From NCBI GenBank assembly GCA_013388605.1, contig JACAEY010000087.1, forward strand, positions 1-43,299: DNA of 43,299 nt, in the 5' to 3' direction. The DNA is from Nitrospirota bacterium (GTDB taxonomy: Bacteria > Nitrospirota > Thermodesulfovibrionia > Thermodesulfovibrionales > SM23-35). The position numbers and the translations under genes are program-made. Positions 21,647 through 29,568 of this stretch are shown here, piece by piece. Numbering within the stretch: position 1 is the first letter of the stretch; every line of letters begins with the position of its first letter. The notes under the pieces were generated by a model that was given only the letters and a program-made list of their open reading frames with translations, ran no database searches and was not told the DNA's origin.

Positions 21647-22531
21647 TTAGTTTCTTAAATTTTTTGTAATCTCAAAGAGGTATTTTTTAAATTCTGATGA
21701 GACCTGTGGATTTTTTAAAGAAAGATCTACTATTGCCTTCAGGTAACCAACCTTATCACCTGCATCATACCTTTTTCCCTTAAATAGATATCCATAAATA
21801 GTTCGTTTCTTTAATAACTTCTGGAGTGAGTCTGTCAGCTGAATCTCTCCACCTTTTCCGAATGTAGCGTTTTCAAGTATATCAAATATGTCAGGGGTAA
21901 GGATATATCTTCCTATTATTGCCAGGTCAGAAGGGGTGTCCTTTTCTTCTGGCTTTTCCACAAGGTCGATTATCTTAAAAATTTCATCACTCTCTTTTAT
22001 TCCTTTAATGATTCCATATTTATGTACTTCAGTCATAGGTACTTGCTGAAGAGCGATAACAGGTGAACTAAACTTTTTATAAAGATTTATCATATCCTGA
22101 AGAAGACTGGACTCTGGATCAATAATGTCATCACTTAAAATGACCGTAAAAGGCTCATCTTTTACAAATGGTTTTGCACAATATATTGCATGACCAAGTC
22201 CAAGGGCAGCCTTCTGTCTTATATATGCAAAGTTAAGATGGTTAAGTCTGCTGATTTCTTCAAGAAGCCTTTTTTTCCCAGTCTTTTTAAGTTTTTCTTC
22301 GAGTTCGAAGGCTGAATCAAAGTGGTCCTCTATAGCACGTTTATATTTGCCAGTAATTATAATAAATTCTTCTATACCGCAGGCACTTGCCTCTTCAATT
22401 GCGTACTGAATCATTGGTTTATCAACAATGGGCAACATTTCTTTTGGAGAAGCTTTCGTAGCGGGTAAAAACCTTGTGCCAAGCCCTGCAGCAGGAAAAA
22501 TAGCCTTTCTTATTTTCTTTTCCATTATCAA
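21647..22531 (-). CDS. galU: UTP--glucose-1-phosphate uridylyltransferase
   Basis: 294 aa with AIFPAAGLGTRFLPATKA.PKEMLP.VDKP and the VEKP motif. Confidence 0.93.
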   Translation of the reverse strand: MIMEKKIRKAIFPAAGLGTRFLPATKASPKEMLPIVDKPMIQYAIEEASACGIEEFIIITGKYKRAIEDHFDSAFELEEKLKKTGKKRLLEEISRLNHLNFAYIRQKAALGLGHAIYCAKPFVKDEPFTVILSDDIIDPESSLLQDMINLYKKFSSPVIALQQVPMTEVHKYGIIKGIKESDEIFKIIDLVEKPEEKDTPSDLAIIGRYILTPDIFDILENATFGKGGEIQLTDSLQKLLKKRTIYGYLFKGKRYDAGDKVGYLKAIVDLSLKNPQVSSEFKKYLFEITKNLRN

Positions 22532-22651
22532 ATATGTATTATACCATATTGTTTATTCGAACTGGAGTTAGTTGTGATTTTTAAAATAAAGTTGGAAGCA
22601 TCTTAAAAATATTTGGATAGGGAGAAAGAATATATATAAAGGGGAACAATA

Positions 22652-22831
22652 ATGGCTCAAAGAATAAAAAATGCCATAACACTTTTTATTATAGCAGCAC
22701 TTTTTTTTATAATTTCTCGTTCTGTCTTCAGATTTATTTTTCCATTCTTTTTTATCTTTTTTCTACTTGGCCTTATCTGTATAATTTTAGGGATTTCTAT
22801 TCTTAAAGGTAAGAAAAATAACAAAAATTAG
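22652..22831 (+). CDS. Possible small two-TM membrane protein (59 aa), below the ORF-track cutoff
   Basis: ATG at 22652 follows AAAGGGGAACAATA. Translation is MAQRIKNAITLFIIAALFFIISRSVFRFIFPFFFIFFLLGLICIILGISILKGKKNNKN, with TAG at 22829-22831. It sits in an otherwise unassigned ~300-bp gap. There is no homology evidence. Confidence 0.35.
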   Translation: MAQRIKNAITLFIIAALFFIISRSVFRFIFPFFFIFFLLGLICIILGISILKGKKNNKN

Positions 22832-23172
22832 TTTGAACTTCTATACTCTTCTTCAAAATCTTCTTTAAGTTTTCTGGCTTCTTCTAATATGATCTTAAGT
22901 CTTTTGTTCAAAGGCACAATGCTCGAATTTTCTTTAATTTTTTCTGAAACCTTATCAATCTCATGATTATATTTACGCTTCCACATCGCTATCTTTTCGA
23001 GTTCTCTGAAGTAGATGCCGAGTAGCTCCCATGCTGCCTGTCTATCACTCCTAAAGGCTATTTTTAAAGCAATAGCATATATTTTAGTGAAATCTATAAA
23101 TCTATTAAGTTCCAATGGGCTTTTACTTACAGATTCGATAATACTTTTAGCAATCTCTTCTGTACTCTTCAA
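22828..23172 (-). CDS. Hypothetical helical protein (114 aa)
   Basis: The track ORF (GTG 23214) overlaps the tRNA-Leu gene. TTG 23172, preceded by AAAGGAG, begins 16 nt after the tRNA 3' end. I recognise no family. Confidence 0.5.
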   Translation of the reverse strand: MKSTEEIAKSIIESVSKSPLELNRFIDFTKIYAIALKIAFRSDRQAAWELLGIYFRELEKIAMWKRKYNHEIDKVSEKIKENSSIVPLNKRLKIILEEARKLKEDFEEEYRSSN

Positions 23173-23187
23173 TTTTCTCCTTTCTGA

Positions 23188-23272
23188 TGCCGGAGGCCGG
23201 ATTTGAACCGGCACGGAACAAAGTTCCGAGGGATTTTAAGTCCCTTGCGTCTACCAATTCCGCCACTCCGGC
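23188..23272 (-). tRNA. tRNA-Leu (anticodon UAA), class II with long variable arm
   Basis: The reverse complement reads GCCGGAG-TG-GCGGAATTGGTAGACGC-AAGGGA-CTTAAAA-TCCCT-CGGAACTTTGTTCCGT-GCCGG-TTCAAAT-CCGGC-CTCCGGC-A. The cloverleaf folds correctly, with a T-loop GTTCAAATC. CCA is not encoded. Confidence 0.93.
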
Positions 23273-23279
23273 ATGCTTG

Positions 23280-23308
23280 ATTTTAAAAGATATTTTGATA
23301 CAGGTCAA
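23280..23308 (-). promoter_or_regulatory. Sigma70-type promoter for tRNA-Leu
   Basis: Minus strand reads TTGACC (23303-23308), a 17-nt spacer, then TAAAAT (23280-23285). The -10 element ends 7 nt upstream of the mature tRNA 5' end. Confidence 0.5.
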
Positions 23309-23467
23309 ACCTCTATAATTTTTAGTATAGCAAAATTGTTAAAATATAATATCTGACATGCAAGTGGTTACTCATATTGAAAATTAGTTTGTTCCCTGTT
23401 ACTTTAACTTAAGTAATCTTATTGAAATTTAAGTATAAAAATTTTATTATGATTAAAAGGAGGTCCT

Positions 23468-23689
23468 ATGCTTAAAGAGAAAGTAGAGAATGTTCTTGCA
23501 AAAATAAGGGTTGGTCTAAGAGCAGATGGTGGAGACATAGAGCTTGTGGAAATTAAGGACAACACTGTCTATGTAAAACTTAAAGGTGCCTGTGGGACAT
23601 GCCCAATGGCAACCCTCACATTAAAAAATTGGGTAGAGGCAAACTTAAAGAAGGAAATACCAGAGATACATTCTGTCCATGCTGTTTAG
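23468..23689 (+). CDS. NifU C-terminal-domain (Nfu-type) Fe-S cluster protein
   Basis: 73 aa with ...ADGGDIELVEI.DN.VYVKLKGACGTCPMATLTLK. The SD is AAAGGAGG. Confidence 0.85.
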   Translation: MLKEKVENVLAKIRVGLRADGGDIELVEIKDNTVYVKLKGACGTCPMATLTLKNWVEANLKKEIPEIHSVHAV

Positions 23690-23694
23690 ACAGC

Positions 23695-24867
23695 ATGGGT
23701 CTGAAATGGCTTAAAATTATTGTTAATAAAAATGTTTTTGTCTTTTTCTTACTGCTTATAGTTTCTTTCTCTTCTACTATTTCTAATGCCTCAGAAAAAA
23801 TTGATGTAAAGGGTATCAGATACTGGTCATCTACAGACTATACAAGGGTTGTAATAGACCTTTCTGGTCATGTTGATTTTACAAACAATTGTCTATCAAA
23901 CCCAGATAGAATCTATTTTGACCTAAAAAATGCAAGTCTCTCAAAACATATAAAGAATATTTTCCCTATCGAAAACGGGATTCTCAAAGCTGTCAGGGTT
24001 GGACAGTTTGATTCTAATACAGTAAGGATTGTACTTGATCTCGATGTGATAAAAAATCTTAGCACCTTTTTTCTTGAAAATCCTGCCAGACTCGTAATAG
24101 ATATTCAGGGCCCAAAGATTATTAAGAGACCTGAAGTAAATCTAACAAAAAGGAGGATAGTTATTGACCCAGGTCACGGTGGTCATGATCCAGGTGCAAT
24201 TGGACCAAGTGGATTATGTGAAAAAGATGTAGTATTAGATATTGCTTTAAAACTCAAAAAAATCCTTCTTGAGGACCCATTAAATGAGGTATTTCTTACA
24301 AGAGAGAGGGATATTTTCATCCCACTTGAAGAAAGGACTGCTATTGCAAATAACAAAAATGCAGATCTTTTCATATCAATTCATGCAAATGCAAACCCGA
24401 GGAGAAGTGCTAAAGGTATTGAGACTTATTTACTTAACTGGACAAATGATGAAGAAGCCATAAGAGTTGCTGCAAGAGAAAATGCTATTTCTTTTAAAAA
24501 GATGAAAGAAATGCATAGGCAGATGGATGTTTTAGAGATGATAAAGAATGATTTGATGAGAGAAAATAAAAGGGATGAATCTATTAGACTGGCGCATTAT
24601 ATTCAGAGGTCTTTGACGTCAACCCTCAGTAAATCCAGAAATAGACATAAAAGGTTAGACCATGGTGTAAAACAAGCGCTCTTTTATGTTCTTTTTGGAG
24701 CGAAGATGCCATCGGTTCTTGTTGAGGTATCATTTATAAGCAATCCAGAAGAGGAGAGACTTCTCTCAGATGATTCATACAGGATGCATATCGCAAAGGC
24801 TATCTCTGAAGGGATAGATATCTATATGAAATCATCTCCGGTAATCCAGAAGATTACTGCTCTATAA
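23695..24867 (+). CDS. N-acetylmuramoyl-L-alanine amidase (AmiC-like: signal peptide, AMIN domain, Amidase_3)
   Basis: I chose the ATG at 23695 (MGLKWLKIIV... signal peptide). The AMIN block is IRYWSSTDYTRVVIDL and the catalytic block is IDPGHGGHDPGA...SIHANA. The track start at 23599 overlaps nifU. Confidence 0.88.
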   Translation: MGLKWLKIIVNKNVFVFFLLLIVSFSSTISNASEKIDVKGIRYWSSTDYTRVVIDLSGHVDFTNNCLSNPDRIYFDLKNASLSKHIKNIFPIENGILKAVRVGQFDSNTVRIVLDLDVIKNLSTFFLENPARLVIDIQGPKIIKRPEVNLTKRRIVIDPGHGGHDPGAIGPSGLCEKDVVLDIALKLKKILLEDPLNEVFLTRERDIFIPLEERTAIANNKNADLFISIHANANPRRSAKGIETYLLNWTNDEEAIRVAARENAISFKKMKEMHRQMDVLEMIKNDLMRENKRDESIRLAHYIQRSLTSTLSKSRNRHKRLDHGVKQALFYVLFGAKMPSVLVEVSFISNPEEERLLSDDSYRMHIAKAISEGIDIYMKSSPVIQKITAL

Positions 24868-24877
24868 TACTAATCTT

Positions 24878-26482
24878 ATGAAAATAGACCTTCTCATAAA
24901 GAATGGTTTAGTTTTTGACGGCACATTTTCTGAACCTTTTGAGGCTAATATTGGTATATCTGAAGACAAAATTTTATTTATTGACAAAAGGTCAAAAATG
25001 AAAGGCAGGGAATATGCATTATCCAAAAAGGCGGCTGAAATTATAGATGCTAAGGGTTTATCAGTTGCTCCCGGATTTATAGATACTCATGCACACTCTG
25101 ATTTTACACTTCTTGCTGATCCGCGTGCTGAAGGGAAAATATGTCAGGGTATAACAACAGAGATTAATGGGAATTGTGGTATTTCTGCTTCTCCTCTTTA
25201 CAATGATGCTCTTAAGCAAAGGGAGGAAGATCTTAAAGAGCTTGGCATAAATGAACGTTGGTCAACTTTAAAGGAATATTTCAATATTCTTGAAAAAAAG
25301 AAAATAGCTGTTAATTTTGCTACTCTTGTAGGTCATGGAAATATAAAGGCATCAGTAAAAGGTTATGAAAAGAAGGATTTAACAAACTCCGAATTAAGAA
25401 AAATGTGCTATCTCCTAAGGGACTCTATTAAAGATGGTGCTATTGGACTTTCAACAGGCTTGATTTACCCCCCTGGTATCTATTCCAAGACCGATGAACT
25501 TATTGAAATGGCTAAATCCTGCAGAGATCTAATCTATACAACCCACATGAGAAGTGAGGGGGAAAGGCTTATTGAATCATTAAAAGAAACAATAGAGATA
25601 GGAGAAAAATCAGGTATTAAGATTCATATTTCTCATATTAAGACGAATGGTGAGGAGAACTGGCACAAAGTAGAAGAGGTTATATCAATGATGGAAAAAA
25701 CAAGAGAAAAAGGTATTACTTTGACCTGCGATAGATATCCTTATACTGCCTCAAGCACAGACTTAGATTCAATATTGCCCCCATGGATTTTTTCTGGGGG
25801 TAAGGAGAAGGAGTTAGAAAGGCTAAAAAACATAAATATTAGAAATAAAATTAAAAATCATTTATTAAAAAATAGAACAAAAAGTTACTGGGAAAATATT
25901 TTTATATCATATTTACATACAGATAGGAACAAATGGATGTTGGGAGAGAGTCTTTACAAAATTAGTCAATTAAAAAATAAAGATCCGGTTGATATTATGT
26001 TTGATATATTGATTGAGGAGAATTTGGGAGTTGGAGCTATTTTTTCGTCAATGAGTGAACATAATCTAAAAAGATTTTTAACTCTAAAATATTGTATGAT
26101 CGGTTCTGACAGTTCAGCGAGATGCTTTTCAGGTCCTACTCATAGGGGGAAGCCCCATCCAAGAGCCTTTGGGAGTTTTCCAAGATTTCTCGGGAAATAT
26201 GTAAGAGACGAGTCTCTTATGAGTATAATTGAGGGGATTCATAAGATAACAATGCTTCCAGCCATAACATTCGGAATACGAAAAAGAGGGGTTATAAAAG
26301 AGGGGGCGTTTGCAGACATTGTAATTTTTAATTTGGAAAAGTTAAATGATAAAGCAACATTTGAAAATCCTTTTTTAAAGCCGGAAGGCATTTATTATGT
26401 TCTTTTAAATGGCTTGCCTTCTTTGTGGGAAGGAGAGATAACAGGGATCAGGGCGGGTAGGATACTGAGAAATAGAAAATAA
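24878..26482 (+). CDS. N-acyl-D-amino-acid deacylase (D-aminoacylase) family amidohydrolase
   Basis: 534 aa with PGFIDTHAHSD, the internal HMRSEG...ISHIK metal-ligand blocks and a C-terminal beta-sandwich typical of D-aminoacylases. Confidence 0.85.
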   Translation: MKIDLLIKNGLVFDGTFSEPFEANIGISEDKILFIDKRSKMKGREYALSKKAAEIIDAKGLSVAPGFIDTHAHSDFTLLADPRAEGKICQGITTEINGNCGISASPLYNDALKQREEDLKELGINERWSTLKEYFNILEKKKIAVNFATLVGHGNIKASVKGYEKKDLTNSELRKMCYLLRDSIKDGAIGLSTGLIYPPGIYSKTDELIEMAKSCRDLIYTTHMRSEGERLIESLKETIEIGEKSGIKIHISHIKTNGEENWHKVEEVISMMEKTREKGITLTCDRYPYTASSTDLDSILPPWIFSGGKEKELERLKNINIRNKIKNHLLKNRTKSYWENIFISYLHTDRNKWMLGESLYKISQLKNKDPVDIMFDILIEENLGVGAIFSSMSEHNLKRFLTLKYCMIGSDSSARCFSGPTHRGKPHPRAFGSFPRFLGKYVRDESLMSIIEGIHKITMLPAITFGIRKRGVIKEGAFADIVIFNLEKLNDKATFENPFLKPEGIYYVLLNGLPSLWEGEITGIRAGRILRNRK

Positions 26483-26547
26483 AAAGGTTTTTGAAGTACA
26501 GGGTTATGTATAATATATATATAAATTCATAGAGAGGGGTAAATAAT

Positions 26548-27048
26548 ATGAATTCTATAGAAATAGCAATAAAAATGGAGACAGATGCAATAAGGTTTTA
26601 TACAGAAGCATCAGAGAAAACAAGAAATCCTGTTGGTAAACAGATGTTTATATCAATCGTTGAAGATGAAAAAAGGCACCTCGAGACACTAAAGGAGATA
26701 TTTAAGGGATTGGATATTACTATTCATGATGTCAGCCCATTAGAAAATATTAGAACTGTCTTTGAATCTTTAAAGAATGGGATGATGAAGAGGGTTGAAG
26801 CAACTAGTGATGAACTTGAAGCTTTCAAAATTGCGATGCAGATGGAAAAAGAAGGTATAGCATTTTATAAAAATGTCTTAAAAGATGCAAAGACTCTAAA
26901 AGAAAAAGCCTTATTTGAAAGACTTGTGAAAGAAGAGCAAGAGCATTACAATATTTTTGCTAATACCTACTTCTTCCTTTCAGACACTGGTAGTTGGTTT
27001 ATGTGGGAAGAACATAGCATTGTTGACGGAGGAACTCCCTGGGCATAA
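26548..27048 (+). CDS. Ferritin-like/rubrerythrin-family diiron protein (no rubredoxin domain)
   Basis: 166 aa four-helix-bundle pattern with two E...ExxH pairs: METDAIRFY...EDEKRHLE and MEKEGIAFY...EEQEHY. Confidence 0.75.
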   Translation: MNSIEIAIKMETDAIRFYTEASEKTRNPVGKQMFISIVEDEKRHLETLKEIFKGLDITIHDVSPLENIRTVFESLKNGMMKRVEATSDELEAFKIAMQMEKEGIAFYKNVLKDAKTLKEKALFERLVKEEQEHYNIFANTYFFLSDTGSWFMWEEHSIVDGGTPWA

Positions 27049-27050
27049 AA

Positions 27051-27072
27051 AAGGCGTGTTTTCACACGCCTT
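27051..27072. terminator. Bidirectional hairpin terminator (stronger in the minus orientation)
   Basis: AAGGCGTG-TTTTCA-CACGCCTT. An A6 run lies upstream, which is a T6 run on the minus strand. On the plus strand it is followed by TTAAATT. Confidence 0.6.
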
Positions 27073-27116
27073 AAATTCATCAAAGCATTGACCTATTAAT
27101 TTGACATTTAATGCAA

Positions 27117-27179
27117 TTAGCAAGAATTTTTGCACTTACAAGTCATTGATATTTTTTTTGATACCTTTATTATTTTCAT
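27117..27179 (-). CDS. Candidate small ORF, 20 aa, MKIIKVSKKISMTCKCKNSC
   Basis: AGGAGG (27186-27191), a 6-nt spacer, ATG (27177-27179), TAA at 27117-27119, and a terminator about 44 nt downstream on the same strand. It is below the ORF-track cutoff and has no homology evidence. Confidence 0.4.
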   Translation of the reverse strand: MKIIKVSKKISMTCKCKNSC

Positions 27180-27238
27180 CTGACACCTCCTTTATAAAAA
27201 GAATATTGTTAATTATAAAGAATAATAATAATTTTATA

Positions 27239-27284
27239 GTATCGGTATAATTCTGATTTTTTTGTAGGATAAATCCTACAAAAA
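27239..27284. repeat. Left copy of a 46-bp inverted repeat; the core is a perfect palindromic bidirectional terminator
   Basis: GTATCGGTATAATTCTGA-TTTTTTT-GTAGGAT-AA-ATCCTAC-AAAAAAA. The reverse complement of 29569-29613 matches with 2 mismatches outside the loop. It starts 8 nt beyond the rSAM stop. Confidence 0.75.
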
Positions 27285-27297
27285 AATATCTATATTT

Positions 27298-28425
27298 TCA
27301 TATAGTACCATAAAGAGCACATCTGTAAAGGTCTTTTCCTAAAGGGTCTCCTGAAAGCTGAGCCCTATATCTGCATCCTCCTCTACAGGATTCAATATAT
27401 TCACAATCACATTTAAGTTCATCAATTGTCACAGGTTTTATTCTCTCCCAGCATTTTCTGAGTCCTTCTTCTACTTTTCCAACGGGCGCATCTGAATAAA
27501 AGGTACATTTTGCAACATTTCCATTCGCAATTATTGCCATTAGATGAAGACCACATGCAAAACCTGATGATGATGTATGAATGCCTGTTCCATAACCATA
27601 TCTAAGATATTTTCCTCCTTCCTTGGGATTCATCTGAAAATCAACGTTTTCTGTTAGTCTCCCTGTTATACAGGGGATATCAACCTGCCACTCTTTGATC
27701 CCAATTTTCATGAATAATTTTTTCATTCTGTCAAAATCATTAATATTTTCCGGATGAACCATTGTAGCTATTGAGACATTAAAACCATAATCAAGTGATA
27801 ACTTGACTGCATTCATTGCCTTCTTAAAAGTTCCTATTCCTCTCAAAGAGTCATGTGATTTTTCAAGACCGTCAATACTAATCTGAAACTCATTGAAATT
27901 GAGATGTTTTAGTTTTTTTTCACTTAAAAGGGTACCATTTGTAAATAAAACCTTTCGTATTAAAAACTGTGAAAGCATTTCGTTTATCTCTTCAAATCTA
28001 TTATGAAGTAGTGGTTCACCTCCTGTGATGAGAACCCTCAAACCTTGCATATATTCAAATTCCTTTAAAATATCTCTTATCGATTTTAGAGAAAGTTCAT
28101 CAGTCCCTCTATCAGCAATATAACAATGTTTGCATCTAAGATTGCATTTATTTGTAATCTGTAATTCAATGTATCTCAATGAAGGGACCGGAGATTTTTC
28201 TAAAGGAGGGCGTCTTGAATCAATTTTTTTTGTTACCAATATTCCTTCTTTAAGACAATAGTCAATAAAATCATTCTTTTTAGCACTGCAGCCAGATTCA
28301 GAGCATCTTTTAAGAAAATCAAAAGACTCAAAATCAAGTTCATAAAGTTCATCATTTTTAATATGGTATACACATGGATTTTCGAGCAATTTAAGTGAAG
28401 CTTTATCAGAAAGAAAATATTTCAT
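27298..28425 (-). CDS. Radical SAM protein with SPASM/twitch-type C-terminal Cys cluster (peptide-maturase-like)
   Basis: 375 aa with CNLRCKHC (CX3CX2C). The C-terminal cluster is CGLHLMAIIANGNVAKC...CDCEYIESCRGGCRYR. An N-terminal extension of about 85 aa precedes the core. Confidence 0.9.
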   Translation of the reverse strand: MKYFLSDKASLKLLENPCVYHIKNDELYELDFESFDFLKRCSESGCSAKKNDFIDYCLKEGILVTKKIDSRRPPLEKSPVPSLRYIELQITNKCNLRCKHCYIADRGTDELSLKSIRDILKEFEYMQGLRVLITGGEPLLHNRFEEINEMLSQFLIRKVLFTNGTLLSEKKLKHLNFNEFQISIDGLEKSHDSLRGIGTFKKAMNAVKLSLDYGFNVSIATMVHPENINDFDRMKKLFMKIGIKEWQVDIPCITGRLTENVDFQMNPKEGGKYLRYGYGTGIHTSSSGFACGLHLMAIIANGNVAKCTFYSDAPVGKVEEGLRKCWERIKPVTIDELKCDCEYIESCRGGCRYRAQLSGDPLGKDLYRCALYGTI

Positions 28426-28460
28426 GTTTCATTATACATTCTTTTAGCAGTAAATTTATA

Positions 28461-28820
28461 ATGATAATAATGGCAACAAGAAAAGATCTTGAGAAAAAAC
28501 TTTGTCTGAAATTTTGTACTTATTATAAGCCTAATAAGAAAAATGAATTTGCATGCATGGGGTATCATGTGATAAAGCAATTGTTAAAAAAAGGGTATAA
28601 GATTATCTTTACAGATACAAAAAAAACAATTTATAGAAAAACAGAAGAATTGCTTGCTAAAAGAATGTGCATATATTGCTCTTTTTATAAGAATGATTGT
28701 GATTTCATTCAGCAAAAATATGCTTCTGATCCTTGTGGGGGGTTTATATTACTGGGTCAACTCCTTGAATCAAAGCTGATTTCTTTTGATGATATTGTCA
28801 GAAATGTTAAGAAACTCTAA
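28461..28820 (+). CDS. Cysteine-rich small protein (119 aa, 7 Cys, internal duplication), unknown family
   Basis: The first ATG beyond the divergent rSAM start is at 28461; ATG 28470 is also possible. There is no clear SD. The repeated pattern is C-x2-3-C-x-[YF]YK...C-x-G[YF]-x4-QLL. Confidence 0.6.
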   Translation: MIIMATRKDLEKKLCLKFCTYYKPNKKNEFACMGYHVIKQLLKKGYKIIFTDTKKTIYRKTEELLAKRMCIYCSFYKNDCDFIQQKYASDPCGGFILLGQLLESKLISFDDIVRNVKKL

Positions 28821-28825
28821 ATACC

Positions 28826-28852
28826 AATACTGTCCAAAATATTCTGAAATAT
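28826..28852. repeat. Solo copy of the MITE right-end motif
   Basis: AATACTGTCCAAAATATTCTGAAATAT matches the reverse-complemented right end of copy 2 (TGTCCAAGATATTCTGAAATAT) at 21 of 22 positions. No convincing partner end lies nearby. Confidence 0.45.
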
Positions 28853-28928
28853 TGTCTCTCTTATCTTGTGTAAGTCTGTTGAGTACATTTATATTGCTAT
28901 AAATTTTGATTAAAAAGGGGGGTGTCAT

Positions 28929-29558
28929 ATGGAAGTAATTGAGACAATAAAGGAAAGAAGATCGATAAACTTCTTTGAACCTGAGAAAAATATTCGTGAT
29001 GAGGTAATCACGGAACTTCTTGAAATTGCAAATCTTTCTCCATCCTCTTTCAATCTCCAGCCCTGGAAAGTAATAGTTGTTAAAGAACCTGATATGAAGA
29101 AACTATTAAGGGTATGTGCATTTAATCAACCAAAAGTTGAAGAGGCATCTGTTGTATTAATTTTAATCGCGGATCCAGATGCTGTTGAAGATAATTTAGA
29201 AAGAGTACTCGATAGATGGGAGGAACTCGGTTATATAAAATCAGAGATGAGGGAGAGTTACATTGGAATGGCTAATGACCTTTACGGTCCAAAAGATAGT
29301 CTCAAGAGAAAAATATTTGCTGTAAAAAATACCTCTTTATTTGCCATGAACCTTATGATTTCTGCTAAAGGTCTCGGACTTGAGACTCACCCTATGGATG
29401 GATTTGACGAAAAGTGTATAAAGAATGAGTTTAATATTCCTGAAGATAAAATCATACCGATGATTATTGCTGTGGGATATCTAAAGTCTGGAATAAAATT
29501 ATTACCGAGGGCTTTCAGAAGAAAACTTAATGAATTTGTATATTTTGAAAAATATTGA
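28929..29558 (+). CDS. Nitroreductase family (FMN-dependent) protein
   Basis: 209 aa with IKERRSINFF, APSSFNLQPW-type block (LSPSSFNLQPWKVIVV) and AFNQPKV. The SD is AAAGGGGGG. Confidence 0.9.
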   Translation: MEVIETIKERRSINFFEPEKNIRDEVITELLEIANLSPSSFNLQPWKVIVVKEPDMKKLLRVCAFNQPKVEEASVVLILIADPDAVEDNLERVLDRWEELGYIKSEMRESYIGMANDLYGPKDSLKRKIFAVKNTSLFAMNLMISAKGLGLETHPMDGFDEKCIKNEFNIPEDKIIPMIIAVGYLKSGIKLLPRAFRRKLNEFVYFEKY

Positions 29559-29568
29559 ATAACATTTA

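Noticed and set aside
23173-23214. GTG 23214 start of the 128-aa track ORF
   Set aside because: It would overlap 27 nt of the tRNA-Leu gene on the same strand. A TTG with an SD exists just past the tRNA.
23273-23467. Divergent-gene, AT-rich region as oriC
   Set aside because: There are no TTATCCACA-like DnaA boxes and no dnaA or dnaN nearby. Strand polarity is mixed elsewhere in the window.
27117-27179. The 20-aa ORF as a ribosomal protein bL36 paralog (MKV..S.KKIC..CK resemblance)
   Set aside because: The similarity is limited to a few Lys/Ser positions. The peptide is half the length of bL36 and lacks its CxxC...CxxxH zinc motif.
28395-28460. GTG 28395 start of the Cys-rich ORF
   Set aside because: This stretch is antisense to the first 10 codons of the rSAM gene. 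The first ATGs are at 28461 and 28470.
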